Source of the DNA: Lingula anatina
Taxonomy: Eukaryota; Animalia; Brachiopoda
Assembly: GCA_051362555.1 (NCBI GenBank)
Contig: CM120642.1
Span: forward strand, 10,354,001 to 10,418,000
Length of the DNA stretch: 64,000 bases
Direction: 5' to 3'
Positions 12,532-25,300 of this stretch are shown here, piece after piece. Numbering within the stretch: the stretch's first letter is position 1; every line of letters begins with the position of its first letter. Both the position numbers and the translations under genes were made by a program. The notes beneath the pieces were generated by a model, which saw only the letters and a program-made list of their open reading frames with translations, was not told the origin of the DNA and searched no databases.

Positions 12532-14844
12532 ACACTGTCATCACCATTATTGCTTTCCATAATTAAAAGTAAAATAATGAATTGATGAGTTGTATAAAGC
12601 CATAACTGTGAAAAACATTCAAATAAGTTTTGAAATTCATATTCTTTAATTCCCTTTTCATCGATGTGTAAAGATACAAATACCGCCTTTTCACAACAAG
12701 CCTATAGCTAGAGCAATCTTAACTTATTGCTGCAAATCGGTGATACTATCATACCGTGTTTTATTTGTATACTGTTTTGCTCGTTGTGAAGACGGTGGCT
12801 ATTTTTAGCTCTTCTTGGAACGAGTGAATGAGACTGTGTCAAGGTCTCGATTTCAAGTTGTAGATTGGTTTGAGGCAAACACGGGAAAAATATCCTTTTG
12901 TGCAGTCTTACAAAATTGAAGAGGTTACGTAAAGTGAGAATTGACAAGCGTGCAGCAAATCTAAAGCGTAATTACCAGGGCCTGTAATCTAGGCCCATAT
13001 CTAATTTTCTCGTGTTAAAAATTATTTTGATCAAAACGGAGTGCTCCATCGATGTTTAACAATTTGCCAACGGAACGTGATCCCGCTTCCCCGCAATATT
13101 TGCCTTTTTGGATAATTCTACACTATCAAGTCTATCAATGTTCATCACGGGCGTCTGGAGTTGAGTGCCTAGTTTCGTTTTCGATGACGATTCTGGCAAT
13201 CAGAACCTGTCTTTTTGAAAATACTTTATTTTTGGTTAGTGTTGGGTTACAAGGTTCATGAACACGCTAGAATTACACAAAACTTAAATAACTGAATAAT
13301 CACTTTATACAAACACAATCTGTGTTCTGCGCTATAAAATATAATTGATTTGACTTTGAAATATTGAAAATAACTTTAAAATGATTTTCTTGTTATATAA
13401 GTAGTCGCCCTAGTTTTTTGTTCTATTTTTACTTTTAAAATTTATTAATCACACCCCTTACAAATGAAAGTAACGTGTGCGGTTGCCATGAAAATAAAAA
13501 ACACATGACCTAGCTGCCATTTTAATTTTGTGTATAATTAGGCCTGATTTGGCAACAAAATACCTGGTACATCTGCCCCAGTCCCAGAGTCCACATGGTA
13601 CTACCGTTCTGCAAGATCGATAATGTTTGACCAATCTCGTGAAGTTTCTTTCTTCCGTTCTGGTGCAAACATGTCTAAAAATAATTTTAAAAACCTGCTT
13701 TTAATGCAATGTACATAAAAAGTTTCGAACATGTGAGTCGTGTATGGAAAATAATGAAGGGAAACTTCCTCTTAAATATAATTTAAAAGTTTGAGTGAAT
13801 GATTTAATGGAAATATGTCTAAAAAATCTGAAAATTACATGGTTGGCCGTGTTGGCCCACTGTCTGCATCAGCAATCTAATTTTCTACAAGCGGCATAAA
13901 AATAAAAGGGCTAATTTCATTGTATCATAAATCAACGACTTTTGTAAATGTTAACCATTAGATGATTTAACCTTCGTGAGAATAGTACGCGCACTTGGCG
14001 TAATTTCAGAGGAATTTCAATGAAAGACTGTGACTAGAAAACACGCCCTACTACATGTAACCCCCTTATCAGGTTATGAAAACACTCTACGTGCCTACCC
14101 AATTTAAAAAATAGTTAAAATGGCAGAAAATCTATTCTGAAAGTGTACATTTTATATTTAATTTTCAAATTCTGTAATTGATGTAATTTGATGCTCCTAT
14201 AAGAGATTTTGAATCACAATTTGAGGACCAAAATATAAACTCTCAGTTTAGCAAGGTGGGAAATTTCGGTAAGAGCTAGGGTTTGATATACAATTACTGG
14301 GCTCAAATTTGGATAAAATCCCCTTTACACTGGACGGTGTACTTTCTGTTTCCTTTGTGCGACCATGAAACTGGCATCGCTGTGGTCGTAGAAATGGGGC
14401 AAAAGCATCGATTTGGTTGCAGAATGAATGCTCAGTGATCGACCACCTGTTGGCACGTATTTTTTTTTTTACTCTCAAACGGGGCCGTATATATCTTTAC
14501 CACGGGATGCAGAGAGAACTTCGTCCAGTATAAAGGGGGCTTAAAGTTTTAAATAAAGATTCACGACAAGATTAGGCTTTTCTTATCGTTTTGTGCTGGA
14601 GTTACTCGGGCACAACTGGTACGCCTGAGTTACATGTACTCCTTGTTGGTGCAAACCGGGCCCTGCGCCCCGACGACAGGGCACGCCAGGGTCGATCACG
14701 TCAGGGCACGACGGGGCACAAGCGACATGGTATCTAAGCTGCATGTCTTTACACTTACCCTGTTAATCCACTGGACACTCCAAAATACGACAGGAGGAAC
14801 ATAGCACAAATCCCTATGGCAGCGAGAATGATTCTCCGTGACAT
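1..14844 (-). CDS. Paralogue A (3'-truncated by window): giant multidomain cell-surface protein; SP-EMI-EGF-D8C-cbEGFx3-Thr-rich-EGF-unknown-helical hairpin-Ig x2-ephrin-receptor-like Cys repeat
   Basis: Exons, all GT-AG with consistent phases: 14759-14844 ([29 protein letters not shown], signal peptide), 13564-13674 and 12113-12231 (HVCTRTEE...[10 protein letters not shown] / YCCDGW, EMI), 11736-11831 (EGF), 10475-10681 and 9572-9736 (DPCQN...CGTTGPVW...CC...[21 protein letters not shown]8C), 9237-9311, 8754-8879, 8514-8639, 7998-8123 (DIDEC/DVDEC/DVNEC cbEGF), 6535-7723, 5698-5812, 5334-5475, 725-5095, 256-357. The next exon starts at base 1; TM and tail exons lie outside the window by analogy to B. 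Confidence 0.88.
725..5095 (-). CDS. Paralogue A exon 14 (4371 nt): polybasic segment, beta-rich region, coiled-coil/10-Cys hairpin, furin site, two I-set Ig domains, SEA-like region
   Basis: ORF 666..5048 trimmed to the splice sites (acceptor tttcatgaag|GA, donor G|gtaagt; phase 1-1). Ig motifs [21 protein letters not shown]...[10 protein letters not shown] and [15 protein letters not shown]...[11 protein letters not shown]. The SEA-like call is a loose inference. Confidence 0.9.
6535..7723 (-). CDS. Paralogue A exon 11: Thr-rich mucin-like stalk + EGF + unassigned Cys-containing domain
   Basis: ORF 6378..7748 trimmed to acceptor tttcaag|CT and donor AG|gtac. [16 protein letters not shown]...[14 protein letters not shown]. 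Confidence 0.88.
11316..11483. mobile_element. MITE (CAGGGGCGGATT TIR, 5-bp TSD; hAT-like) in paralogue A intron 4
   Basis: TIR CAGGGGCGGATT...AATCCGCCCCTG; TSD ATGTA on both sides; the homologous site in B (~29327) has a single ATGTA (empty site). Confidence 0.88.
12337..12526. repeat. Microsatellites (TTTA)n and (ATT)n in intron 2 of A
   Basis: Directly visible. Others: (TA)n ~15788 and ~36235, (ATT)n ~30333 and ~56989, (TTTA)n ~45334 and ~50121. Confidence 0.85.
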
Positions 14845-15300
14845 TTTAGTACCATAAATCAATTTAAGTGACAAGTTTCGCTTTATCGCACAGTTATACG
14901 ATTGTTTCAATAAATGATCCTAGCCACACTGGTTGAGTCTTGCACATATTGTTTTGCGTGCAGTGATCATAGCACCACATGTACTAAGTATTTACAGCAT
15001 CAAAATTAAGTTTTTACAAATCTGAATATGAAAAAAAAATTGCTGAGCGGAACCTCAGGCAATTATTTCTTTTAGCGATAAGACTGAGCGCTGTATACTT
15101 CAATAGGTCTATGCAATGGATGCAGGTTCACCTGCACAAAGACAATGCAACGCGCGTGTTGTGACAGAAAATATTTTAAAAAGACGGGTTCAGTTATTTC
15201 TAAAAAGCTTACGGGTTACCATAGACGAAAGTAAACAAAGAAGCTCTCATTGGAAATAAGATCTGTTTATTGAAGGCCACTAATATTTGACTTAGAAACT
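14845..15300 (-). promoter_or_regulatory. Conserved upstream/promoter block of the paralogue family (also 32941-33420 and 47563-48040)
   Basis: Non-coding sequence alignable in all three copies, including invariant AAGCTTACGGGTTACCAT (15205, 33336, 47960) and GCAGG.TCACCTG. Confidence 0.5.
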
Positions 15301-15810
15301 TACAATCATTTAAACCTATTTAAACAGGTTAGAAAAACCAACAGCAATATCAGCTTTATAACAAAGACATTGTAAAATGCATACACAATGTACATAAATA
15401 AGCCTAACCTTGACTACATTCGCTTCCGAACAATCCTATTTCTCAAGTAATATTGTTGGGTTACAGTTATGTAGGGGGGGGGTGGCTATAACCACACACA
15501 TATCAAAGACAGCTGGGACGTAATAAGACATATTTTCGCTGAACAGGGCATTCAGGTGAACACGGCGCCACCAATTAGAACTAGTGGTAACTAACATATT
15601 TTCAGGTTAAACTACGCAGACTAACATGTTATACATGAAAAAGAGTATTATCTGATATAATTTTCAGATTTCTCAAGAATATCAACTTTGGATAGCTCAA
15701 TAAAGTGTCTTCGACCTCAACATAAGGTGTCTAAAACGTGTATTCAAAAGTCATATAAAAAGCCTCATTCTGCCCCTTTTGGATTTTATATATATATATA
15801 TATATATATA

Positions 15811-16080
15811 TCCCCTTAGCAAAAAAATTGTCACCTACAGCAATTATACATGTACACATCGCTTCAAGGTACCCATGGTATCAATTTTTCTATTACATAA
15901 TATTTAGGCAACCGAACATTGTGTAAATTGGGGATGTGAGTATTAGAACATTGACCTACCAAGCTAAACCATTGAAATACTCTAATACCAACGCCAACAC
16001 ATTTTTTACCAAGGTTCACATGGGTGGGAGTTTTAACCCATGGAATTGATAGACGGTTGGGTTGTTTCATGAGAACCATT
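15811..16080. repeat. Dispersed repeat, also at ~40617-40900 inside a C-specific intron-7 insertion
   Basis: Shared blocks ccattgaaatactc, ttttttaccaag, gggagtttt.accc, ggttgggttgtt.catgagaaccatt in the same order. Confidence 0.6.
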
Positions 16081-16304
16081 TGCAGCAGATATCTATTGGA
16101 ATTCTATTTGTAAAATGCGACTACATAAAAAATTATAACTCTTTTGAGACTATATTGCAAAGCTCAATTAACTGAGAGTCAAATTCTACAATGTTTGATA
16201 TAAAGCATATGATATGCACATTTTAAGTATCCCTTCATTTTAATGCACAAATACATCCTTTACGATATGATACAATGATTAGTCATTTCTACTGAAATCA
16301 CATA

Positions 16305-19300
16305 TTAGTCCCCGTTGTTATGGGAGTTTTTGATTTCAGGAACTTTAGACCAAATGGGCCAGGGGTGTGGGGCGTCACCATCGGTGACAAGAGGAGGAGC
16401 AGGATTCCCGATCAAGGGTGAGAGTCTGTTCCAGGCTTTGTCACTATTGGTGGTTTCAGTCTGCTCTATTTCGAGCACCTCTACTGCTGAATCACCTATC
16501 CCACGTTTTGCTTGCACTGGTGAACACTCGTTGCCAGTGTTCGACCACGCCTCTGAACCTCTGAACCGTTTCATGTCTAAATGGGAGCTATTGACCGACC
16601 TTAAATTTTCTTCGCTCGTTATTGGAGTGACGCTTTGTCTGAAATAATAAGAAAATGGTGCGTTTTGGATTTTGAGCACTTTGGATGGTTTCTTTGACTT
16701 CGCTTTTACTGAACTTAACCGTAAAGCATTATAAATGTTACATTGTTGGTGACGTAAAGCATCTTCTTTGTTGCGTATTTTCAGCAAAGGCTACAATGAA
16801 ACGAATACACGGCACTCAGCTCTAAAAACTTATTTGTGTATTCATTGTACCTCTAATTCAACTGATAAAATAAGTAACATTCCGTAGTCAAAATCATTAA
16901 TTACACAAAAAAATGCAATGTATTGATCAGTTCCACCCATATAACTAACACCATTTTTCACCATTGCAACAAGTGCATGTGCTAGTGACCAGTGAACATC
17001 CTTCAGCCGAAATTTTCAAATTTGCTCAGTTTAAGTGAAAGAATTTTCTTTTACTGATCGTTAATGCCAGTCCTTACCGCGCAACGAGTTTCTTCTTCAT
17101 TACTTTTAATCCAACAAATAGTGCTACCAATACCACCAATGTAAGAACAGTTGAAACGATAACAGGAATCATCCAGGTAAGTCTCTGAAAAAAGAAAAAC
17201 ACATAAAAGTGAATTTACTTCTCCCAGATTTCAACTATTAATAGCCAATTACATGGTCAAAAAGATATCCTCAGATACAAATGTGCAAAAAAGACTGAAG
17301 ATTCACCATAATCGCCGTGTTGAAAATAATAAAGATAGTAAAGCATCTATAAAGATCAAATGAAACGCGTTATATATCAATTTATTTATCGCAAAAACGA
17401 CTCACGCGTGTACAACACAATTGTATATGGAGTAGGCCTACACTGTCAGTGAAAAAAAATTTTGGTCAGTGTCAAAACCAACCAGACTAAAGCATAAAAC
17501 GTCCTTTCCCTGAGAAATTATATAGAACATACTCGTCAAAATCATGTCATCTATACATGAGTGTCCAATATCTAATTTAATTTTCATTCTCTTTTAATTT
17601 CAGATTTAGCTTACGAGTAACACGGAGCACAGAGTTTTACCCGCACACTAATTTGGGACAGTTGCACAGCCGTTTCTCTGTCGCTTGCTCAATGTCACAC
17701 TGACTTATGATACAACAGACGAAATGCCAGAAACACGTTCGGCAGTCACGTATCGGTTAGTGACTCTAACAGCCAAGGTGACAGCTGAGCGTGAACACAA
17801 TTACTGTACTGCAACTGCTGCAACGCTTTAAGCGAAACACTGTCAAGCGTTAAGCACTAAAAACCAATATAAGCATTACCCTCTTCGTCTTTCTGAGGCG
17901 TTACAATTCAAATTGCCAAAATGTTGGTTAAAAAGTGTGATGCGACTTTATACCTACTCGCTAAATGCATTAAAATATATCTATGATAGAAAATTTAGGG
18001 GGTCTTACCTGAGGTTCATTAACTTCTGTCGTGCCTGGAAAAGCAATTAAAATCACAAAATGACATTTATAAAGAGATGACTCTAATCAGCCTGATAACT
18101 GATAGATGAGAATACGAAGATCTTCAATTTGAAAAGAAAGTTTGTCTTAACGAATGATAATGTTCTAGAACTTGTGCACGTTAGGCATATAATGATATTA
18201 TGATAGACATACGCGCATTTTATTTGAATTCTACAATAAATTAAACGATGATAATGAAAATGGAGTTCAAAATGTGTTACCTGTGCAGCGGACGGCTCCC
18301 ATACTCTTGTCATCAAATGCAAACTGACATGGCTTGCAGGTGCGAGACTTTTCATCAGAATATGTCCCCGGCATACAAGCGGCTGGTATCATAAATGAAC
18401 ACATTTATGACAGTTGACATTTATGACATGACAGTTGCAAGGTCAAATTCAAACTACATGTGTAGCAATAAGTTACAGATATATATTAGTAAGTCTTAGT
18501 TGGCAGCACAAAGAAAGTTAACATCCTCATTTTTTAAATAAATTTCTGGTTAATTCAATTTTGAATGAAATTAGATAAAACCTTTTTTCTGTTATTGATT
18601 ATCGTACTGTTGACAGGTCATTTAACACTATCAGACAGCGCCCGTGTGTGCTTAATTCATTTATTATATAGTGTTTCAGTAAAGTGTGCGTAAACCACCA
18701 CATTTCAACGAGCACATGGACATGCGCTTTTATGATTTTGCTCCTTGCGCCAGGCATACTTACCGCATAGATATTCAAACTCCACGCTGTGTTCATAACC
18801 GAGCGGACAAAGTGGGGAATCAAAGGACGCTCGCAGTTGGTTGTGGTCAATACTAACATAATGGGCGCCATGGGTGAAGATAAACGTTCCCTGGTACCCA
18901 TAATTGTAAAGCACACGAACACTTCTCATGACTGACTGCCGCAGCCCACCATACTGTTGGTTCAGTTGTCCGTACGAGTTGTTGTGATCTGTGGAATTGG
19001 CGATCTCATTTGCCAAAATGGTGAATTGGGTTCCATCATTTTCAAGATGTGTTATGTTCGAAACGGTGACGTTGTCATTAAGTAATTGCATCAGCGTCAT
19101 TTCTATGGTTTCCTTGAAGTCTAGCCCATCTAATGACATGTTCTGAAATAGGGTGACAGGGGTCTCCGTATCTGCTGCTGCTATTCGTCTCACAGCCATG
19201 GTTATTTGTGCCCGTGGCAACGCCACTCGCACAGGCCTAACTATCATTTGGGTGTGGTTCATCTTGTGTAAACCATGTTTGTTTTCTGCACTGCATTGAT

Positions 19301-22300
19301 AAAAACCAGCATGAACAAGCCTGGGTTTGGGAATTTTCAGAATAGGGTCACTGCTGTTAAGAAAGACAGGAACTGTGGCATTATTTGTGCTGCTCAAATT
19401 GGTCTCAAACGTCCACGTGATAGTTGGAAATGGATCTCCAGTCACGTTGCACGTGATGTTGGCTGATGGTTCGTACCCCTCAAGTACAACCAGATCATTA
19501 AGGGTAGGCATCACCTCGCTTGGCGGTTCTTCAACTTTGAGAACACCCCTCGAAGCAACGCTAACTACGTGATTCACTGCAACGCATGCGTAATAGCCAT
19601 CATGCATTTGTTCCGCAACTGGGATTTCTAAAACATTTCCGTCAATGTTTACGTTTAAGCTGCTGTTTCCATAAATCGGTTCTCCGTCTTTCTGCCATTC
19701 GAAGTAAGGTTCAGGTTCGCCTGTTGCGTTACAGGTCAAAGTCACATTCTGACCTACCAGAACGGCGATGTCGTGGACCTCGACAGTAATATTGGGTGCT
19801 GTGGCACAGAAAACTTTGGTTTCTCTACTCTGAAGCAGTACAGACAACAGCTCACCACTCAGAGCAACGGCATCCTCTGTTGTCAGCGTATCGTTTCTGA
19901 CAATGCCAAGAAAACTGTCTTCAATTTGCGGTATCAGCTGCCGCATGGTGTCTGCCTGGGCAATGGAGACGTTTAAGTAAAGACGGTAGAAATCATAGAA
20001 ATACATAAGTAAGCAATCCTCAAAACTGGAACACTTGTTCGGGTCTTGTGTGTCCCGTGTGTAATTCTCCATTGTTTGTCTCCATGCGGTGCCGATTGGG
20101 AAGCTTTTTGCCTTCTGGGTTTCCTCCTTCGTTGCATTTACAGCGGTATCCATCATGCCCACGTACGCACCTACCACCGGATCAGAGGTCACGTTGGAAT
20201 TTGCAATCACATCTTCAAGGTCATTTTCAGTCAAGTTATAGTTGACGTAGGCATCGGTTTTGTTAAACCCAGAATCATTAAGGCTTATGTTTTCCACCTT
20301 TGTCATGCTAGTCAAATCATCCACCACTGTAGAGGCATTATCAATGGAATCTTTTGCCACTGATGACACGTTGTATAATGCTTCAGCCACTGTGGTCAAA
20401 AATGTGTCAATAACTGAGAACTCGTCACATTTTCTTTTGAACAAATTAATTCGATATTGTATGTAATTTGCTTCGGTTGAGTCGTTTGCATTAAGGCTGT
20501 CGGATTCGGGGGAGTCAATAGTTACATTTTCTCCATCAAAAATATCATCAAACACTGTTCCGTTGATGGAGGAATTAGACATACCATGTGTATCTCGCTC
20601 AAATCGTCCTCGCAGGTGCCTATATGACCAAAGAATGTTTGCTCTAACTAAATATTCCACAGACCGTTTTCCTCTTCCAGTAAGCAAACGTCCAATACCT
20701 TCAAATATCATTTTTACAATCTTGAAGGCTAGCTCTAGTATGTTTAGAAAAATATTCCTCAAATCAATCCTAAATGTGAACAATGTCCAGCCAGTTCTAA
20801 AAGCATTGAACTCGCATGAAACAGTCAAGAGAAAAAAGTCCCGTGCATTGATTTCTACGCCAAAACCACATCTTTTAATGTCCAGGATACTTGCAATTCC
20901 ATAACGAATAAAGTACTCAAACGCCAATGTTATTCCACGTAGGATGAATTTAACTACCTCCAAAGCTGCTTTCACAAATTCGAGAAGCCATTCGATCCCT
21001 TTCAAAATATAAATCGTTAAGTCTAAAAATCCAACAGCAACATCGAGAAAGACTTTAGCTGCTTTTACAGTTATCTGGGCCACTTGGAGCGCCCCTTTAG
21101 CTATATCCATGGCTATCATAGGGATGCGAACGGCTATCTTAGCGAGTTCCAGAACAGCGTAAGCTATAGCTCTAAGAATGCGGCATAGAGCATTTGCTAT
21201 AAGACAGCCAATGTCGGGGATGCGAATCGCACATGGGACCCACTGACAGCATGGAAAAGGTATCCAGCCACTGCATATCCTACAGGTAAGGCCCCACAAA
21301 CAAATGTCAGGGCAATCTCGAATCTGGCACAAGTTATCCACATTTCTTTGAGCCCTCGCTAACTCATCAAGAGCCCTTTGAAATGGAATTTTTGCTTCCT
21401 CAACTTTCCGTTCAGCGTCTTCAAGAACTTTAACAGCGTTGTCAAATTTTGTCTTTTCAGCCAGAACTGCAGCCTTTGCGGAATTCACCTTTTCCTGTAC
21501 TTCTTGTAGCTGAGTCTGTACTTTTGTTACAGAATCTTGGGCAGCAGAAATTCGCTCTTGTGCTTCCCTTGACTTTTCTTTCACTATATTAATCACTGAA
21601 TCCCATAAGCTTCCATCAAAGCCCTTAGGCCCTGGGACAAAATATGCTGACATGCCCAGTCGAAAATGAACTTCTGGGACGTTAAATTTGAGATATACAT
21701 TCATCTCAATTCGAAATAAAGATACAATTACAGTTTCGACGTAGGCGTCCAAACCGTTCTTTGAAATAAAAACGTCAATTCTTGTGCTATCAAAAACTGG
21801 CAAATCTAACAAAAGGATTCCATGGACAATAATATCGTTTTGTGCTCCATTTATGCCAATAGCTAATTCTAGTCCAGCGCCAGGGAATTTCTTGAAAAAC
21901 TTGAACACTTCTCCATCATTTTGAAACATACCCATTATTCGAACGGCATCCTTGCCCTGCAGGAGAGCGTATGCTTTACTGTATCTGCTGCACTGAGCTA
22001 AAGAACCGGAGGAGTACACATACTCTAAGTCTAGCTCTCCCAGATCTATGCCAAATACCGTGAGCGAAGAAACGAATTTTATTCCAAAGCCAGAAAATCC
22101 CTTAAATGATTGGATAAGCTCGGTGTTGCTGAACTGAACAAATTCCCAGGCATCTCTTTCTAACTGCTCTAGTTGGGAATCGGTGTCGGTGACAAACTGA
22201 TGAACAAATGTATCAGGTATTAACTCGGCTTCCATTTTAAGACTCTGAAAAGTCTTCCGTAATTCAATGACAAGAGTTTTGATGGCCCTCGTTGTGTTGC

Positions 22301-25300
22301 CAATCTCGAAGATACCCGTGCCATTGAAGCGAGTAAGAAATGCGTTGCTGGTTGACAAGAGATTGATGGATTGTAAAACAAAATTCTTCAGTAAAGATCG
22401 GCTGCTTTCCCAAATGAATCGGTTTTCAATGTCACTTAAACTTGTGTTCAGAAGCAGCATTAAGTTTTGTGCATCGTGGACGATTAAGGATAAGCCTACT
22501 TTCAAGTCGTTCGTTAATGCAACAGAGTCTCCTGAATTGGTATCTGGTAAAGGACTGTCATCAAAGAGAATGAAAACATCAACATCAACAGTGAGGTCAA
22601 ATATGTTCTCTAAAGGGGTTTCTACAACATTCTGAAGTATACCTAAAGCCCTTCTTAGAGCCATGCTACATACAGTTGCATTAGGTGCCTGTTGGGCTAT
22701 GTCATTTACGGCAGTGTCCATGTTCTTGCCTTTGGCTCTATTCTTCAGTAATCGCTTTTTGCTTTTGTTTTTTGGTCTTTTGTCTCTCTTGGATCTCTTT
22801 CTCCACTTGGCACGAGCGCTATTCTCTGCAGTTGAAGGTTTCTTGGTTGTGCCTGCTTTTGCTGTGGTAGTCCGTTGAGTGGTTGTGCGCCTAGTGGTCG
22901 TCGTGGATCTAGTGTTAACAGATGGTGTAATTGTAGCAGCAGTGTCTGTTGTATTTCTAAGATCAGCAATTAGATCCAAGGCGTCACACGTCAATTCAAC
23001 CACCTTAAATGCATCCTCTAATTCGGCTCTACGGTCGTTGTATTGCCAAAAATCTTTCAGTGGGTTGAAGTTTAGGTGCATCGTGAAAAATAAGCCTGCT
23101 GGGTTTGCACCGTCACCGCAAAGACGCCGTGGTTGAGATCCTTCATGAAATTTACGTAAAACGTTCATTCAGTTGGAATATGACCATATGGGTGGGTGTA
23201 AGAATTAAGGAAATTTTATCATGGGAGTAGCAGGCATGTATTTTCGAAAAATTATCATTTTTAACTTAAATAAATAGGATAAATAAAAAATTTAAAACTG
23301 TACCTTGGGCAATCAGGGTATAACTTTTTATTGTGCTCACCTCCTACTGACAGGTACACGGAGCTTTCGGCAACGGCGCCCCCTAGGACAACCGGACCTA
23401 GCGGTGTATCCAGGACAATGTCCATTGACGCAGATGACGCCATCACCATGACATATTCTTCTGAGCGGCTGTACTCTGTCAACTACGATAAAGATAAGCG
23501 TTTTATTTTGCAGTATTTGTGGTTCAATCGAAAATGTACATTCATCACAAATGAAGAACATTATTACAATATTTAACTTATACAAAATCAGCCGGTTCCC
23601 AAATACGTTTAGTACACATCCTTTTCACATAATACTGTATGAATTAGATTTAGCTACATTTATGACCTAGTTTAAAAAGGGAACTATATGCTTACGTCAA
23701 CAGGGTTGGGTACTTTAAAGAAGGCATCTCCTTGTGCCTCCCACAGAAGGAGCGGCCATTCCGAATTTTGCATCTCTGTCATTATCCAGACGTTAGCTTC
23801 TGAGGGCAAACTGAAATGTAAGAATGATGACATCTAATGTTTTATTGTTGCACAAAATATTTAATTCAATGTATAATATAGAGGTGTTAATGTTGATATT
23901 AAAACTGAAAAAATAATGCATTATACTACCCTTGTGAATAATAACAGATCAACAAGGAGACAGAGTTTTCCCAGGAAGTAAATGCGGTGCTGTTTCTTCC
24001 AAAAAGACGTGATTTTATAGTTCCACTTGACTTGAGTTTTAGCTAGAAGATATGAAGATTCTTTTTAAACCATTGTGAAGTTATTTGAAAGACCTTTTTA
24101 AAAATAGGTTTTCGCAATCGACCGTTACAGTGACTTGCTTTGCTTACACGTTATTTGCTTCAAGCACTAATGGCGACAGCCAGGCATGATTTTGTCAGGA
24201 ATACTATCTCTGATATGGTCAGGTGTCACCAGAGAAACAATTTTGATATATCGACGAATGAAGAAATGAGGAGCCCGCATTCGAAGCTTGAGAAGGGTAT
24301 CAAACATTCAAGTTACTTACACGTCTCATATTCATATCCAGTATTGACCTCTGAGATGGATACTCCACTACTCGCGTTATATCTAACATTATGAAACTTT
24401 CAAGAAGTAGAATGACAATCACAACACCTTACTAGTAAGCCTTGTTTAATTCTAAATTTTTTTAAGGAAGTGATGTACCTGAACGCAACCTTTTCATCCC
24501 CATTCCAAAACTCTCCCGTCGACGCGGGTAGTTTGACTTCAATTCGTCGTGTGGTTGACATGCCAATTCCATGTACACTGCCGTGAAATCCGAACGCGCT
24601 TACTGCACCAAGTATGTCAAATCTACCGGCTAAATCAACTTTGTTTCCAGGAAACAGAAAGAAGAAAGTCACATCTCTTTCTCCGCACATGTCCAAAATC
24701 AAACAATAATTTTCGTCTCCAGATAGTGTCGGAAGAATTAAGCTAGTTCCCCAGTACGTGAAATTCACACCCTCTTGGAATGTTAATATATTGTAGAATA
24801 CATCACGGGATAGTGGCGCCCCCTGACAGCTACTGTGCACAGCGTTGTTCTCGTCCAACAGCTCACTGCCGGCAACAATACTGATATCAAATCGTGGAGA
24901 CAGAGTGCTTTCGTATTTCAAAAGAGGTTCTAACCGTATATTACCCTGGAACTGGATCTCAGCCGACGAAAGGAGACTTCTAAGAAAAGAGTTTCTTTGA
25001 AGAAAGTCACCATCGTCTTCCGTCGTGAAAGTGGACGCAGTACATCGCTCTTGTAGGATGGAAGTCGCTGGAAGGCGTGTCCCGTCGTTGACAGACTGAG
25101 TTGGAGTTAAAGAAGACACTGTGAGGGTGTGGTTGGTTATCTGGAGACCGTTATGTGAAAGCGGAGAGCCTTTGTTTTCAAAGAAAACTATTCCAAACGT
25201 GAAAAAAGTATCCGTTTCCTGGGTTGATTTAAACCAAGCAGATGTAGACGACAGCCAAATCTGATTACACACACCGGCAGGACCATCAGTGACCAAGCTT

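Noticed and set aside
16639-16790. 5' extension of ORF 16305..16787 or an acceptor at 16790
   Set aside because: The phase-2 join from the TM exon gives an immediate stop there; the acceptor at 16638 is in frame. A short-tail isoform cannot be excluded.
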